A DNA stretch of 45,485 bases from Mesotaenium endlicherianum (taxonomy: Eukaryota), in contig WELA01003352.1 of the NCBI GenBank assembly GCA_009602735.1, positions 249,777-295,261 of the forward strand. Direction: 5' to 3'. Positions 1 through 12,950 of this stretch are shown piece after piece. How positions within the stretch are numbered: the stretch's first letter is position 1; each line of letters begins with the position of its first letter. The position numbers were made by a program, and so were the translations under genes. Under the pieces are notes generated by a model. That model was not told the origin of the DNA, did no database searches, and saw nothing but the letters and a program-made list of their open reading frames with translations.

Positions 1-448
1 CCCTCCCCCAGCCCCTCCACTTAATCAGATTGACACACCCCTAAAGCCTGCCCTGCCCTCAAGCGCACAACTGTGCGCCACATGTCAGTCCAGCAGCTGC
101 CCTTGCCCCCTGGCAGCGCAGCAGCTGAAAGTGCGGAGGAGAATCTGCTGCTGGCGACTTTTTTCCATGACCGCGTAGCGAGACCTCGAGCGGCGGGCGG
201 GGACGACGGGGGAGAAACAGTGCGAGGAAGGGAGGGCCTTGGAGGGGGAGACGCTTGTTGACAGTGGGAGGGGGAACCAAAAACGGAGACGGAAAGAGGA
301 GGAGGGGAAAACACATGCATCCGTCGCACAGCGCCAAGTGTCGTGCTGTAGCGGGCAGGCCCCAAACACATTCTCCCGGGCTCTGACCGCGGGAAGGCAA
401 AGGCGCACGAGCACGGGCGAGGGGGGGTGCAAGATTTCTGAGCAGCAC

Positions 449-2888
449 CTGAGAGTCTCCAGCCACGTGTCGACGAGCTGGAGGGCGCCAGGTGTCGGCT
501 GGAAGACAAGCATGCCGGTGTTGTAGCTGTTCTCGTAGACGCTGCCAAACATCTCGCCCCCGCGCGCCGTTGTGTGCTTGTACCACGCGGGGTCGCTGGC
601 CAGCGGGATCGTCCTCATGCTGCCCGGGACGAGCGGGCAGGGACGAGCCGCCCAGAAGAAGAAGAAAAAAAAGCTCACAGGGGACCGAGGGGGGAAATGT
701 CAGCCGAGCAAGGACCGGGCTGCGGGTGGGCGGAGCGGAGGAGATGGGGCGGGCACGCGTGCATTGGCTGGGGCCGGCCGGCGGTCAGAAGAAGAGAGGA
801 AGGAACGGTGGGGGACGTCCGAGAAGCGAGCGGGCGTTGTGCTCTTTGTGGGTGGATGATGGACTGCATGACGGGCGGAGCGGAGGCGTCACGACGCACG
901 TGCATTGGGAGAGGATGGGGAGATACACACACACGCACAGTTGGGCATGCTCGCTGACGCGTGCTTTCTCTCGTCTCTCTTTTTGTTTTGTGTGTCTTCT
1001 TTCGTCATCCAGCCCTTCCTTCCTTTTGCAAGTTTCAAGGGCTCAGGTTTTCCGATTGTTTCTTTCTGCCTTCACTCTCAGTGCTGCTCTCTCACGCACC
1101 ACAGCTGCTCAAGCACGCGGCTGGGTTGATGAGCAACCCTCCCAGCACAAAAAGAAAGGGGGGGGAGGGGTGGGCGTTTGCAAGCTCTCCAAAACTCCAT
1201 GGGCAAGCAAGCGTGTGCAGGAGAATCTGCTTACGCTTGGTCGATTGATTGCCTGACTGCCTGACAAACAAGCAGGCAGGCCTGATAATTCATTGCCCCA
1301 GTAGCTGCCCGCGAGACACACACAGGCACAGAGGTACACAGGCAGACAGGAGCAGGAACCCAAGAAGCACCGTAAACCCTACCCCTCTCTATAGCCCCTA
1401 AACCCTGTCATGGGAGGCCACCTGCTTTTGCAACTCTGAATCCCGGTGCCTTTTAACCAACTCCCTCACAGGCAGGCAGGCAGGCTGGCAGAGACGCGCG
1501 CGGAGGCACACGAGCAGACCAGCACGGGCCTGACACACAGGGACACGTTCACCGGCCATCCAGCCTGCCCACCCGGCTGGCTGGCCGGCCACCCCAGCAG
1601 CACACACATAGGCCCCCGCGGCCGCGCGCAAGCCTACATGCGCTTGCACATTCGCGCGCGCACGAGCTCTCGCTAGGCACTGACGCAGGCGCTTGCGCAC
1701 TCGCTGGGCGCCCGCGCGCGCGTCGCTCTCTTGCCTCCCCCGCTCCCTCCCTCCCTCCCTCCCTCCCTCCCTCCACGCGCGCGAGCGCGCACTTACTTGG
1801 CGGCGTCGTTGTCGACGGAGATGGAGTCGGACGACACGAGCACATCCGCGTGCGGCAGCAGCCCTTCCGCGCGCAGGAACGGCAGCGGGTCTGCCAGCCA
1901 CACCACGTCGGTATCGCTGAGCAGCACGGCGCGCCCCTGCCGCAGCAGCTCGCGCACAAACAGCGCCTTGGGCACGCCCATGCCGCGGAACAGCGTGGCG
2001 TTGCCGCGGAAGTCGCGCTCGCCCAGCCCCGCGCGCAGCCGCACCGCCTGNNNNNNNNNNNNNNNNNNNNNNNNNNNNNNNNNNNNNNNNNNNNNNNNNN
2101 NNNNNNNNNNNNNNNNNNNNNNNNNNNNNNNNNNNNNNNNNNNNNNNNNNNNNNNNNNNNNNNNNNNNNNNNNNNNNNNNNNNNNNNNNNNNNNNNNNNN
2201 NNNNNNNNNNNNNNNNNNNNNNNNNNNNNNNNNNNNNNNNNNNNNNNNNNNNNNNNNNNNNNNNNNNNNNNNNNNNNNNNNNNNNNNNNNNNNNNNNNNN
2301 NNNNNNNNNNNNNNNNNNNNNNNNNNNNNNNNNNNNNNNNNNNNNNNNNNNNNNNNNNNNNNNNNNNNNNNNNNNNNNNNNNNNNNNNNNNNNNNNNNNN
2401 NNNNNNNNNNNNNNNNNNNNNNNNNNNNNNNNNNNNNNNNNNNNNNNNNNNNNNNNNNNNNNNNNNNNNNNNNNNNNNNNGGGGGGGGGGGGATTGGGAG
2501 GTTGAAGAGTCTGCTGGGGTCAGGGTTTGAGGGACTGCTTTTGAAGTCCATCTGCAGCCTTTGGTGGGACTGTGGGCTCTGAGTTTGGGCTCTGGCCTCA
2601 GGTGCCAGCCAACTTTCACATGGGGCTTCTTGGAGATGGAGCGAGTGAGCGCGCGCGAGCGCATGGGGCACAGGGCCCCCCCCGGGGGAATTGCCCTTCT
2701 GCTGGCTGTGACTGCTGGCTGTGTGTAGAGTGGCCCTTGCGGTGCAGCAAGTGGCGTCTGAGACTCGGAGGAAGGGGGGACCGAGAGAGAGACAGAGACA
2801 GAGGAGAGGCAGAGGGAGAGGGTGGGAGAGAGAGGTCCAGAGGGAGATGCAAAGAGAGGGGCGGGAAGAGAGGGAGTGTGAGCACGGT

Positions 2889-2922
<34 letters not shown>

Positions 2923-4666
2923 GGCTGAAGTGGGCAGGAATGACGGAGTGAGAGCATGGCAGTGCAGCCGTGGTGCGAGCAGCGGCTGCCCAGGCAGCCA
3001 GTCAATGCCTCAGCCCCACCCACCTCTCAGAACCCCACTAACTGCAGCCAGCCAGCGCAGCAAGGGCCCTCATCTGACAGATCCCGCACATCCAGCAGTT
3101 GTCCATGAGCTTAATTTGCCACAGCCAGCTAGCCAGCAAGCCTGCCAGCCTGCCAGCCAGCCTGCCTGCCTGCCTGCCTGCTTGCCTGCTTGCCTGCTTG
3201 CCCGTCCGCCTGCATGCGTGCCTGCCTGCTTACTGGCTGGCCGGCTCAACCGGGCTGCCTGCAGGACTGCCGGCACGACTGCCGGCCGGCATCGCAGCGA
3301 GCTGGGGAGTGAGCGGCCCCCACGCCCGCCCACAGTCCAGCCTAGCCGGCAAGGAGCGAGAGAGAGGGAAAGCAAACGAGCAAGCACAACCTGGCCGGCC
3401 GGCCAGTCGGCCGGCCAGCCGTCCAAGGTGCGCGGCAAGCAAGCGAGCGAGAGAGCACGGGCAAGTGTCCCGCACCTCGTAGGTCGGCTCGTCAAAGGCG
3501 GCCACGAGCACGCGGCGCGCGAGCCCCGCGGCGCGCGCGCTCTCCAGCCAGTTGAGCAGGAAGTCCTTGAACGCCACGCTGGCAAACGTCGCCATCACAA
3601 GCTCGCTTTCTCCGCCGCTTTTGCCGCCGCCCCCGCCGCCCAGCGCCGCCACCGCCGCCCGGAGCTCGCTGTCATCCAGCAGGTCTGGCCGCAGGACCTC
3701 CGCAAAGACCGGCTCGATCGCCTTCCCGTACTTACGCTCCAGCTGCGCGCGCTCCCGTTCCGACACCTCGCCGCTCTGCGCCCTCTCCAGGAGCACCTGC
3801 CACTGCTCCTCCGTGCGCCCCTCCGCCTCCACGGCTTCCGCGCCCTCCCCCTCCTCACCGCCTGCGTCGCTCCCCTCGCGCGCCCCCTCATCGGCGCCGT
3901 CCTCCCCCCCCTCCTCCTGTCCCTCTTCCCGCCCCTCCTCCGGTCGCTGCTGGCCGCCGTTGGCATGCTCTTCCTGGCCCACCCGCCGCTGCTGCTCCTG
4001 CAGCTTCTTGTGCGGCTCCGGCGGCTCCAGCGGGTCCTGCGGATCCTCCTGCGGCTCCTGTGGATTCTGTGCGTCGCGGGCAGAGCCCTGCTCCGATACG
4101 CCCTCCTCAGAGTCCTGTGGGTCTCGTTCGTCTGCACCTACCTGCCCTTGATCCGGGTTAGTCTGCTCCGAGAAACCAAAGGTCGTGCCCCTGGCGCTAT
4201 TCGTCTCTGGGATCCTGTCGCTGGTTAGCTTGACCAAGTGGCGCGGGCGTGCAGTCGGCAGCACAGGCTGGACTCCGGCGTGCTTAGCTGTCAGGAACAC
4301 TCTGTCCCGTGGCCGTGGCCACTTGAGCTTCACTGTAGAGTCAACTCCGGCAGAGTCAACTCCAGCAGAGTCAACCCCCGCAGAGTCAACCGCTGGCAAT
4401 GCCTGCAATAAGGGGCCTCCTGAGAGATCCTGTTCTGCTTCGAGCTGACCGCTGTCCCAGTTGGCACCGATGAGGTGGTGCCTGCCCCTTGACAGGCGGT
4501 GGCCTCTGATGTCGCCATCTGTCTTGAGAAGGTCATACGCAGGATGGTCTCTTGCAAATAAATATACAAGACTCAGAGTTGCACACAGTGCGAGGGTGAT
4601 GAAATAACAACTTCTGCGAGAGAGACGAATTACTATGTAGTCAGCCTGCGCTGGAGGAGGGGCCAT
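449..4666 (-). CDS. Spliced type-II membrane glycosyltransferase, GT77 / nucleotide-diphospho-sugar transferase family (XEG113/RRA-like); exons 4666-3476, 2047-1797, 619-449; 3' part runs off the window
   Basis: N-terminal hydrophobic anchor (CYFITLALCATLSLVYLF), long acidic stem, then LVMATFASVAFKDFLLNWL..VLVAAFD, DxD motif (LLSDTDVVWLADP) and NTGMLVFQPT..LVDTW. GT/AG boundaries with compatible phases (aa|c joins 1797 to 619). The start could be further upstream, and the 2047 boundary abuts an N gap. Confidence 0.85.
2051..2480. other. Assembly gap (430 N)
   Basis: Run of N inside the GT77 gene; could hide exon sequence. Confidence 1.
2783..2919. repeat. GA-rich tract ending in a (GA)n microsatellite
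   Basis: Near-pure (AG)n at 2891-2919 preceded by degenerate GAGA repeats; intronic. Confidence 0.9.
3123..3240. repeat. (GCCT/GCCA)n tetranucleotide microsatellite
   Basis: gcctgcctgcctgcctgcttgcctg..., intronic; similar GGCA tracts near 1260 and 1470, and (CCCT)n at 1744-1773. Confidence 0.85.
4337..4390 (-). repeat. Coding 15-bp tandem repeat (~3.6 copies, VDSAG)
   Basis: agagtcaactccggc / agagtcaactccagc / agagtcaacccccgc / agagtcaac in the GT77 stem region. Confidence 0.9.
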
Positions 4667-6944
4667 TCGGGGCACCTACGGACGCCCCTCGAAGGCAGCT
4701 ACCTTCTCGCCGCGCATAACCCTCTCCTGCCAAATGCCAAAGTCATGTCCGAGTATATACACCACCTTTATTGCCACGCGTTTACGAATGTGTATGTTGT
4801 CCCATGTTGGCACTTTGCACACAGGCAGATATAGTACGAGGACGAAGTCAATAAACTTTAGTTCCAACTCCAACTTCGACTTGCATCGACTCGGTTCACG
4901 AATATGTTGTTCACGATATCTGGCAACCGCAGGTGCGCGCGCTTCCTTTGGGGATCGAAAAGCCGGGATATGCAAGAAAAGAAGGGGAAAAGCTGGGGAA
5001 AAAGGTCCAAAGTGGTCGACAGTTCATTAATGTAGTATTATATAGCAGGAGTGGACCTATTCCTTTAAGCACTTCCCGCGGGCCTGCGTGGGCCCAGTTT
5101 CACAAGGTCTCCTCAGGTTAACAAAGCGCCCGCCATGACCTGCCATGAACCACCATAAACCTTGCGAGTCGCAAATCGCGACCCCGCCCAAGGGGGGTCC
5201 AACTTCCAAGAAGTCAGCAAAACAGCTGAGTCAAGCTGACATGGAGGAAATCTGGCACCACCGAGCACAACGGAGTCATCACTTGCTACCATCAGCTACC
5301 ATGCTTGCTACCACTCGAGTCAATCCGAGCCCGATTTGAGCTCACTGAAGCTCGATTGAACATATCCGCCATATATGGGACCAGATGAAGCCAAATATGG
5401 CTTACAAAGACCGAAGTTTATTCTGCAGTTTACTCCATGGAAGTCGATTCGACTGGATTCGACCAGATACGACCATGCCTGGCTGTCTGTGCCCGACAAC
5501 TTTGGGCCACTTCAGCATCTCATAACGGCTGCCAATTGTCAAACCTTGCCTGAGAGCTAGCAGAACTGGCATGAGCTTGGCATCGTGGGCTGATAGTGGG
5601 GCATATACAGCCAGGGCACAGCATAAGTGCGCACTCGTATACACAAGACTGGCCCAGACTGGCTGCGAATGACTTCGCACGAGTCCACCCTGGCGTGCTT
5701 ATGTGTGCTTGTGAGCCTAAATTGAGTGTTCCTGGGAAATTATCGCAGGCTACATCCCTCATAACTGGGCGCAAAAGAAACGTCATGTTGCATGTATGCA
5801 TTCCGCAATATTTTTCTGTGTAGTAGTACTGCCAAACCGTGGGCACGCTAGAAGAAGCTACTTGATGTTCGTAAGCTCGCAACACTGAAAAGCGATTGTT
5901 TGTGGCAGCTAGTGACAGTGTCTCAAACATTCTGCATTGACGTGCCTCAAATAGTAACAGCTACTGACTGCACAAGGCCGTTCCAGGCGCTTTAGGTACA
6001 GCAATGGCTTCGTATCAGAGCGACCCTACTTTAGCTGGTGATAAGCGCCAGCAAGGAACTTCTGACACAGGTACCAATTGCTTAGCTACTCGAGCTACTT
6101 AGCTACTGAGTCACCAATTGTGTCTGGAACCTTCTTATGTTTGTAGTCATCAAGTTGTGAGGTTCTCAACCATGGCTAGGTGCATGTTGGAATATGCGGA
6201 CTTTAGGTCACCGCTTACAAGCCGGTTATCTGTGTGTACAAGACAATGAAGGCGACTCCAATGAGCACGAGCACCTTGGCAGGTGTATTGCTGTGTTTCT
6301 TGAAAGATGGATTGACATGATTGATTGTTCAGAGATGGAGTAAGCATATATATTCTTTGATAGTTGAGGAGTATTTGGCTTCATGGACCCCACAATCGTA
6401 TATTCCAATATGTTCCATTTGGTGCTGGATAAAATAAGTCACATGAGCTGAGGCTAAACTACAAATAAATTTTATCTGCCTGCTTCTCAGTTTCTCTTTC
6501 CAATGTGAATTCACTTCCCGCTGTGCTTGTTACTTGGTGGAGTTGTTGTTGACATTAACATGTTCAGCAGAAGATGCGTACGAAGGTGCAGATTATAGTG
6601 TTATATTTGTACTGCTAGCGACCATGCAAACTCACTAACCTGATGTCTGGAGCCTAAATATAGGACACCCAACCCTCCCCCGCTGTTCTCCTGCTTCCCT
6701 GTGGTTCTCTGGACATGCGCTGTTCAGTAGTTCATGATGAATAAGAGGGTGGGCATCATCCTGCTTAGTTCATTAAGATGGTCCCTTAAGTCAATACCAG
6801 AGTGCTATCTAGCATGTGCTCCTCGCCCTTGGGGGGCAAAATCATGCCCGTCGGAGTCTAGGTCTGGGTCTGTATGTTTATATGTACTCAATGAAGCAGA
6901 AGTGCATTATAAGACGGCACTTTTTGCCTCTCTTCTATTTCCAG

Positions 6945-9522
6945 ACAGGCAGCCTGAACATGGGAGGACGCAGCCCCTGGGTGCTGGTCTTGGTCAAACC
7001 CCTTCTCCTTCAAAGCTGCAACCCTCGGCTGGTCAGAGTCAATCAGGTACAGGCAGCCAACAGAGCGGAAGCACGGCTCCTACAGACCAAGGAGGAGAGA
7101 GTGGGAAGGAACCAAAAGATAAGGAGCTGACAGAGGAATCAATTATATCTGAGAAGGAACTAGAAAGGTCGGCATCAGGAAAGCCTGGGGATTCTCTGGA
7201 TAGGGCGGGCATAAAGGGAGACTGGCTGTTTGAGGCAAAGGGGTCACAGTCAGCTGAGATAAACAAGATCTCTCCCACGCCTGGCACAGGCTTGACAGGT
7301 CCTGACACAGGTATTTTACAAACAGGTCAGCCTTATGTGGCCTGAGCTGCTGTAGCTGGATGTGGCTGGCACATGGAGCCCCATCAAATAAGGACGGCCA
7401 GGGGTTGGGTTGTTGGCAATTAGAGGGACCATTGGATATGGTGATACGGCTTGAGCTGTAGACAGGTTGTATACATGGTTGAGGCAGACACATGTGGCCA
7501 CCGCCATAGGAGGTACAAGACGACCTCTGCAGTACTGGGATACGTCAAGGCATCAAAGCAGAAGTGGGCTGATTTTTAGCTGCAGCAGTATGCCTCTTGA
7601 ATGAGGAGCTCTATGTTCAGAGAAAGTCACACAGGCTTACTTTGCTAGGTTTCTGACAGCAATATTAGCATATGTAAAAGTAAAGTAAGTGCTATTTCAG
7701 AAGTTTTGTGGCTTACTGCAAGTTTATTTGGTAGAATTTTATATGTCCTATAGTCTGGAGATAGTTTGTATATAGACATCTGTTACTAATAGATGAACGT
7801 TTAGATCATTTCATGCTAGTCATTGACAACGACAGTGATGTATTTAAGTGCAAAAGCTCGCCTTGTTGGGCTGATTTACAAGATTCCAAAATTGACCATG
7901 TTGCGCCGTTTCATTAAGTGGGCCTTCAAAATATTCATACAAATTAGCAGTTTGTGCAGAAAGGGATTGTTCAAGAGGCCGGGAACAGATGAATGTCTCA
8001 AGCAACAATATTTTGGTTGAAAGTGCATAGACAGAGGAATTAGAAAATGATGTGCTTGCTGACACAAATAACCCCCGCAGTGATGACTAAAGTGATCACG
8101 GAATTGCCAGCATTTGAGTCCAGAAGACGCTATGAGACTGGATGGTCGAGCCATGGTTGACAAAGCTGCGTGGTAGAACGGTCATGGATATGTGAAAGAA
8201 AGCGCTGCAAGATGGTTCAGGCCTACTTCACACCACCTGCAAAATGAATGCTAATATCAGGCTAAGAAATGTCATGACAAGGAACGGAGCAGTAACTATC
8301 ATGCCTTGAAAGTAGTGCAGTTCTGTGTGAGCTTCACTGTTTTAAGTTAAAAAACATAATGGCTAACAGAAGTTCCTACGGAACAAGTTACTTAAAAAAG
8401 AATGGTCTGAATGGGCCTTCCAGAATTCTTCAAGGACCAAACTTTGAAGAATCAGGCAGGTCTGCAACGGATAAGACCATGCAGGGCCATCGGAGAACTC
8501 TGCCTGTACGAGCTGCCCTGCCTGGGACATTTAAGACAGTACAGACATCTCAGAGTTGTGTGCTTGGCAAAACAACTTCGGGGAAAGAGAAGAAGGTGCA
8601 GTCTTCTCAGAGACCTTTGCCTGGTACATCAGCTGTGCCCGGGAAAGACAAGGTGATATAGTCTTTTGCCATTCTCCATAGTGCAGTCTTTGATTCGTTT
8701 GGGTCTTGTCAGAAGTGAAGTAATATCTGCTTTGGATTAGTGGAAGCTGCAGGTGGTCCTGGAGACCAACCAGTCTTTTTGGTTCAAATGATTCATTGAG
8801 CTAACCTGACCTGAAAAAGGAGGACAAATGCACCATCTACACTGAAGCTTACACCCACAGTTCACCTTCTTGTCTCACACGAATCTGGTCGGCTCCTACT
8901 TATCTGGCTGTGCAGCAAAGTGGAGGAATGGTTTCACCCTCAAGACCCTTCAGAAAGGGTGCCATCCTGGCCAACATGCATGTAAATCTCCTGTATACAA
9001 CTTCTCTGAAGATGGAAAAGGAAGTGGAGAATCAGCCTGAGAAGGTGACTGCTCCCGATAGGAATTACATGGCAATCATCAGCGAGCTTGAGCTTGAAAA
9101 GAAACAGGTAAGCCGTCTGTTTTTTGGTGTTAGTACTGGATTTTTGTCTTTTGTCCCTCGTCATTTTTGACTTACAGGTCGTCACCCGCATGTGCTACTT
9201 GCAACCAGCCGCAGAAGTTGTCCAAGGGGGACTTTGGTCCAGTAGCAACATGGAGGCAGGGAGCTGGGTGTCATAAATGTCAATGGCAGTGAGCACGTTC
9301 TTATCAGGTTACTCAGTCCATCTGGTAATGCTGTCCAAAAATTTTTTGTGTGCTTCCTGGCAGCTCAGGGATGCTGTCTGCAGCTGGCTGTCGGAGTTGG
9401 AGGAAGCCACGGAGAAAAGGGGCCAGCTGATGGAGCATATTGGGTTGCTTGAGAATTTGCTTGCTGATAGGGATTTGGAGCTGCACCACTTCAAGAGATA
9501 TACAGTCGGATTGCAGAAGAAG
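6945..9522 (+). CDS. Upstream exons (6945-7310, 8370-8652, 8916-9107, 9364-9522) of a low-complexity/coiled-coil protein, probably spliced onto the kinase exon at 10360
   Basis: Open frames bounded by YAG/GT (cag|gtaagc at 9107, aag|gtgagt at 9522). The last three exons chain in phase 0 into 10360. Heptad-like IISELELEKKQ-LRDAVCSWLSELEEA. The 7310-to-8370 junction is out of phase, so the 5' structure is unresolved. Confidence 0.6.
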
Positions 9523-10359
9523 GTGAGTCAGATAAGGACTCCCTGCATTGTCTTCCCAGTTTGCTGTTGCCCATTCAAACTCTAAGTTTTGCACAGCAGG
9601 CTGAGGGCAGAGTTATGCGCTTGTCTGGCATCCTGCCCAAGTTGCCCATGGAGAGCGGGGGGGCGGGGGGCAGCATTCAGGGGCACTAAATGAGGCCTCT
9701 TTTTCTTTTTAGACGGCCCTTCTCATTCCTGTCCTTGGTTGCTTATAAGTGGCAACCTCTACCTCTGATCGTAAGTGATACCTGTATAAGTGAACGATAA
9801 GAACGTTGTAGGAGTGACCTTTTTTTCCACTTCAGACTTTTTCAGATGTAGTCACAAGTTGGGTAAGCCTTCAGTGCTGGTCCATCAATATGCGTCTTCG
9901 TTAGAGGGGAGAGAGTGCACATTCAAAGTATTAAAAGAGAACGACTTCTAGTGTGTTGAAAGCTTCACTTCTGGCTTGGCGCTGCCCATCTCGATGCACA
10001 TAAGAAATTGCACATAAGAAATTCTCTTTGGTAGACATCAGAACCAAGTTTATAGAGGGAGCCTTTAGGAAGTATGTAGTTGGAGCACTACTCACTCAAG
10101 TCAGTAGAAGATGGAAGGAGCGATCTGATGGCATTTTTTTGACCTCGAGGCTCGAGGGGCCTTGGGTGTAGGGGGTGTATACTCAGTAAGCATGCTTGTA
10201 AGTGAGCTTCTTGGAAGCACAAGGAGGTTCCATGGTGGTAGTTATGTGTCCTGAAGTGACGTGCATTGTGTAAACTGCTCCTACAGAGCCATTTTCAGTG
10301 TTCATGTAGCAGTCTCCTCCTGAATCACGCCGTAAAGTGCCTTGCGATGGGAGGTGCAG

Positions 10360-11880
10360 GTGACAGAGTTGGAGAAACAGCTGCAGGCTCTGCAGGACAA
10401 CCAGCAGGTCCTCAGCAGGCGCCAGGAGACTGCAGGGCAGGCTGTGGCACCACAAGGGAATACTTCTGTATTGGCTGCTGCATCCGGTCCTGCTGCTGCT
10501 TTCTCTACTGCCGCTGTCGCTCCTGTCGCTGCTACTGCTACTACTGCTGCTGAAGCTCCAGAGCAGGAGGGTGCCACGTCACCAGCACCACCGGGCTCCC
10601 CCTCACATGCAACGCCAGCTCGTGTGAGCTTTTCAGGTGCTGAAGCTGCAGCTGCGGAATGTTGTGGGATAGGCAGGAGCTACGTGCAGGCACAGCCTCC
10701 TTCTGTTGACTTGCCGTGCACTGCAGGCGCAAAGGTCAATGGGGTGGTGCGACGTGGCGCTGACACTTACGAGGTCATGGAGGAGCTGGGGAGGGGCCTG
10801 TATGGCACTGTGTCTATGTGCCGCCACGTGTCGAGCGGTGCAGTCTTGGCCTTGAAGGAGTACACCCTGGCGTCTGACATGGCCAAAGCCTGCATGCTGC
10901 AAGAGGCTCGCGTCCTGCGGTCCCTCCAGGGTCACCCCTGCATTCTGGGATTTGAGGGGCATGTGGAGGTGGGCGATGGCGATAGGTGTGCGGCCCTGAT
11001 GGAGTACTGCGAGGGGGGGACCCTGGCGGGGTGGAGGGTGAGAGCACGAGTCTGGCAGGATGCGCGCAGTGCGATACTGGCCACTGGTAAGATTGTCTAC
11101 GGCGTCGCAGCGGCGCTGATGCACTGCCACGCCATGGACATTGTCCACAGCGACGTGAAGGCGGACAACATCTTCATCACAAAGAAGAAGAAAAAGAAGG
11201 CGACAATGCAGATGGGGACTGGGGAGAGGGAGGAGGAGGAGAAGGGGGGACACGAGCAGGAGCGCAGGTGCAGCCTCGGCAGAGCCGGAAACAAGAGCGG
11301 CGGCGGCGGCAGTGGCGGCGGGGGCTGCAGGAGCCCCAGCAACGGCGATGAATCGGACGACAGTGCACAGGCCGACTTTGACGACATCGCACCCGTCGAC
11401 GTCAGGCTGGGCGATTTCAACCTGGCCGAGAAGCTCGGCAGCAGCGACGCCGTGGTTAGGAGGGGCGAGGAGATCCGTGCGTTCTACTTTGCTCCCGAGG
11501 CCTGCGCCGGCCGCGGCTACGGCAAGCCCAACGACATGTTCCAGCTGGGGGTCATGATCTGCTGGCTCCTCCTGCGGAAGCCTCCCTTTGCCAGCGTGGC
11601 AGACGTGCTGGCGGGCGTGCGGAGTGACAGCTGGCAGGCGCTCGCCGAGGTGGACTGGCGGTTCGAGGTCCTGGTCGACCGCCTGCTTAGCGCCGAACCG
11701 TGGCGGCGCCCCACAGCCCGGGAGGTGCTCGGCTGCGAGCTGCTCCAGGACTGCGTGCGCCACGTGCCCAAGGAGCTCCTGCCACCTGTGCCTAAGCTCC
11801 TGCCACTTGTCCCTGGGCCCCAGGTGGCGGCCAGCACAGCACGCGGAGCGGGGAGTGGGGGGAATTTTGACACCGCTTGA
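10360..11880 (+). CDS. Ser/Thr protein kinase domain (CAMK-like, divergent) in a single terminal exon
   Basis: LGRGLYGTV glycine loop, ALK, HPCILGF, MEYCEGGTL, HSDVKADNIF, LGDFNLA, YFAPE, DMFQLGV, RRPTAREVL; acceptor gtgcag|gtg at 10359/10360. Confidence 0.9.
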   Translation: MTELEKQLQALQDNQQVLSRRQETAGQAVAPQGNTSVLAAASGPAAAFSTAAVAPVAATATTAAEAPEQEGATSPAPPGSPSHATPARVSFSGAEAAAAECCGIGRSYVQAQPPSVDLPCTAGAKVNGVVRRGADTYEVMEELGRGLYGTVSMCRHVSSGAVLALKEYTLASDMAKACMLQEARVLRSLQGHPCILGFEGHVEVGDGDRCAALMEYCEGGTLAGWRVRARVWQDARSAILATGKIVYGVAAALMHCHAMDIVHSDVKADNIFITKKKKKKATMQMGTGEREEEEKGGHEQERRCSLGRAGNKSGGGGSGGGGCRSPSNGDESDDSAQADFDDIAPVDVRLGDFNLAEKLGSSDAVVRRGEEIRAFYFAPEACAGRGYGKPNDMFQLGVMICWLLLRKPPFASVADVLAGVRSDSWQALAEVDWRFEVLVDRLLSAEPWRRPTAREVLGCELLQDCVRHVPKELLPPVPKLLPLVPGPQVAASTARGAGSGGNFDTA

Positions 11881-12950
11881 GGGAAAGCTCGTAGAACAGA
11901 GACGCAGAGTCCGCGCGCTCGAGAGTGAGAGGTTCCCGAGGGTGTGCACATCTGCACAGTGGGGCTTGCCTAATCCGGTGCATCACATGCTGCGACAGGG
12001 CTTGCTTGAGCTGCCGAGTTTTTTGTGCATCTTTTGAAAGCGGAGTCAGTGGAGGGGGTGTCACCCCTGGTCGCCGCTGTGTTCAACCTACTAGTTGCTA
12101 GCTGTAGATGTACTTCTTTCTTTTGGTCGTCTTTCCATTTGCGTGGATCTGGATAAGCTCTTGAAGCGCTGGTTTGGGGAACCCCCGACCGTGTCGTAGG
12201 TCTTGATGCTCATTACCTTCGTGCCCGGTTGCATACAACTAGTGTATATTTATAACCAGACTAATTGCTGAAGGACCCCTCCCCGGCTTAGTTCCTTAGT
12301 TGTTTGCTCTCGTGCATATTGCATAAGATGCACATCCATTATTTCACTGACCGGACTGTTTTGGTTCGGGTGCCTTCTGAAAACGCAGCCTTGCTTGAAG
12401 GTGCCTAAATTTTTGCCACATGGCAGGCAATGTAAATGACAGAAAGCAGAGTGGAGGTGCATGCTCTCGCCTGCAAATTAGTGCTTTGGTTTGCAATATT
12501 GACAAAGATGTTTCTGAATCCTTGTGTATATGGGAGCTCTACAAAAATGGTTTGCTTTTTTCACTCACAAAAGTCAACGAACAGCGACAAGTTGCCTTTT
12601 GCCTATGTGCTCGTAAGCGAGCTCTGTACTTTCCGCGGAGCCTTCAGGCTTAGCTTTTCTGCAATACGTATGCCTGCATGTGGCAATAATGTTGCATGGA
12701 CCGCCCATTTCACATTTATAAGCCACGCACGCGCCACTGATTTGGCAAAGAGAAAAGAGAACGGGGTCGCAATTCTTGCCCACAGGTAAATCTCCTACAG
12801 GTCATTCGTTTATGTTGAAATCACAAGTTCAGCGTAAGGCGCTGCTTGCTTCTCACTTCCCAACGTGTGAATTGGATCTCCACTTTGAATGAATCGGCAA
12901 ACGTGAATAATTTCTGATATAGTTATTGTTTTTCCACCTATATCTCATCT

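Noticed and set aside
2921..4228. Long antisense and alternative-frame ORFs over GC-rich exons (also 10633-11949, 35243-36658, 38417-39784)
   Set aside because: Shadow ORFs caused by high GC and low stop frequency opposite real exons; others run through N gaps or microsatellites
9995..10023. 14-bp tandem duplication tgcacataagaaat
   Set aside because: Ordinary intronic slippage duplication
11875..11945. Coiled-coil-like peptide LEGKLVEQRRRVRALESE in another frame just after the kinase stop
   Set aside because: Would need an unproven indel in the G run near 11857; too short to support
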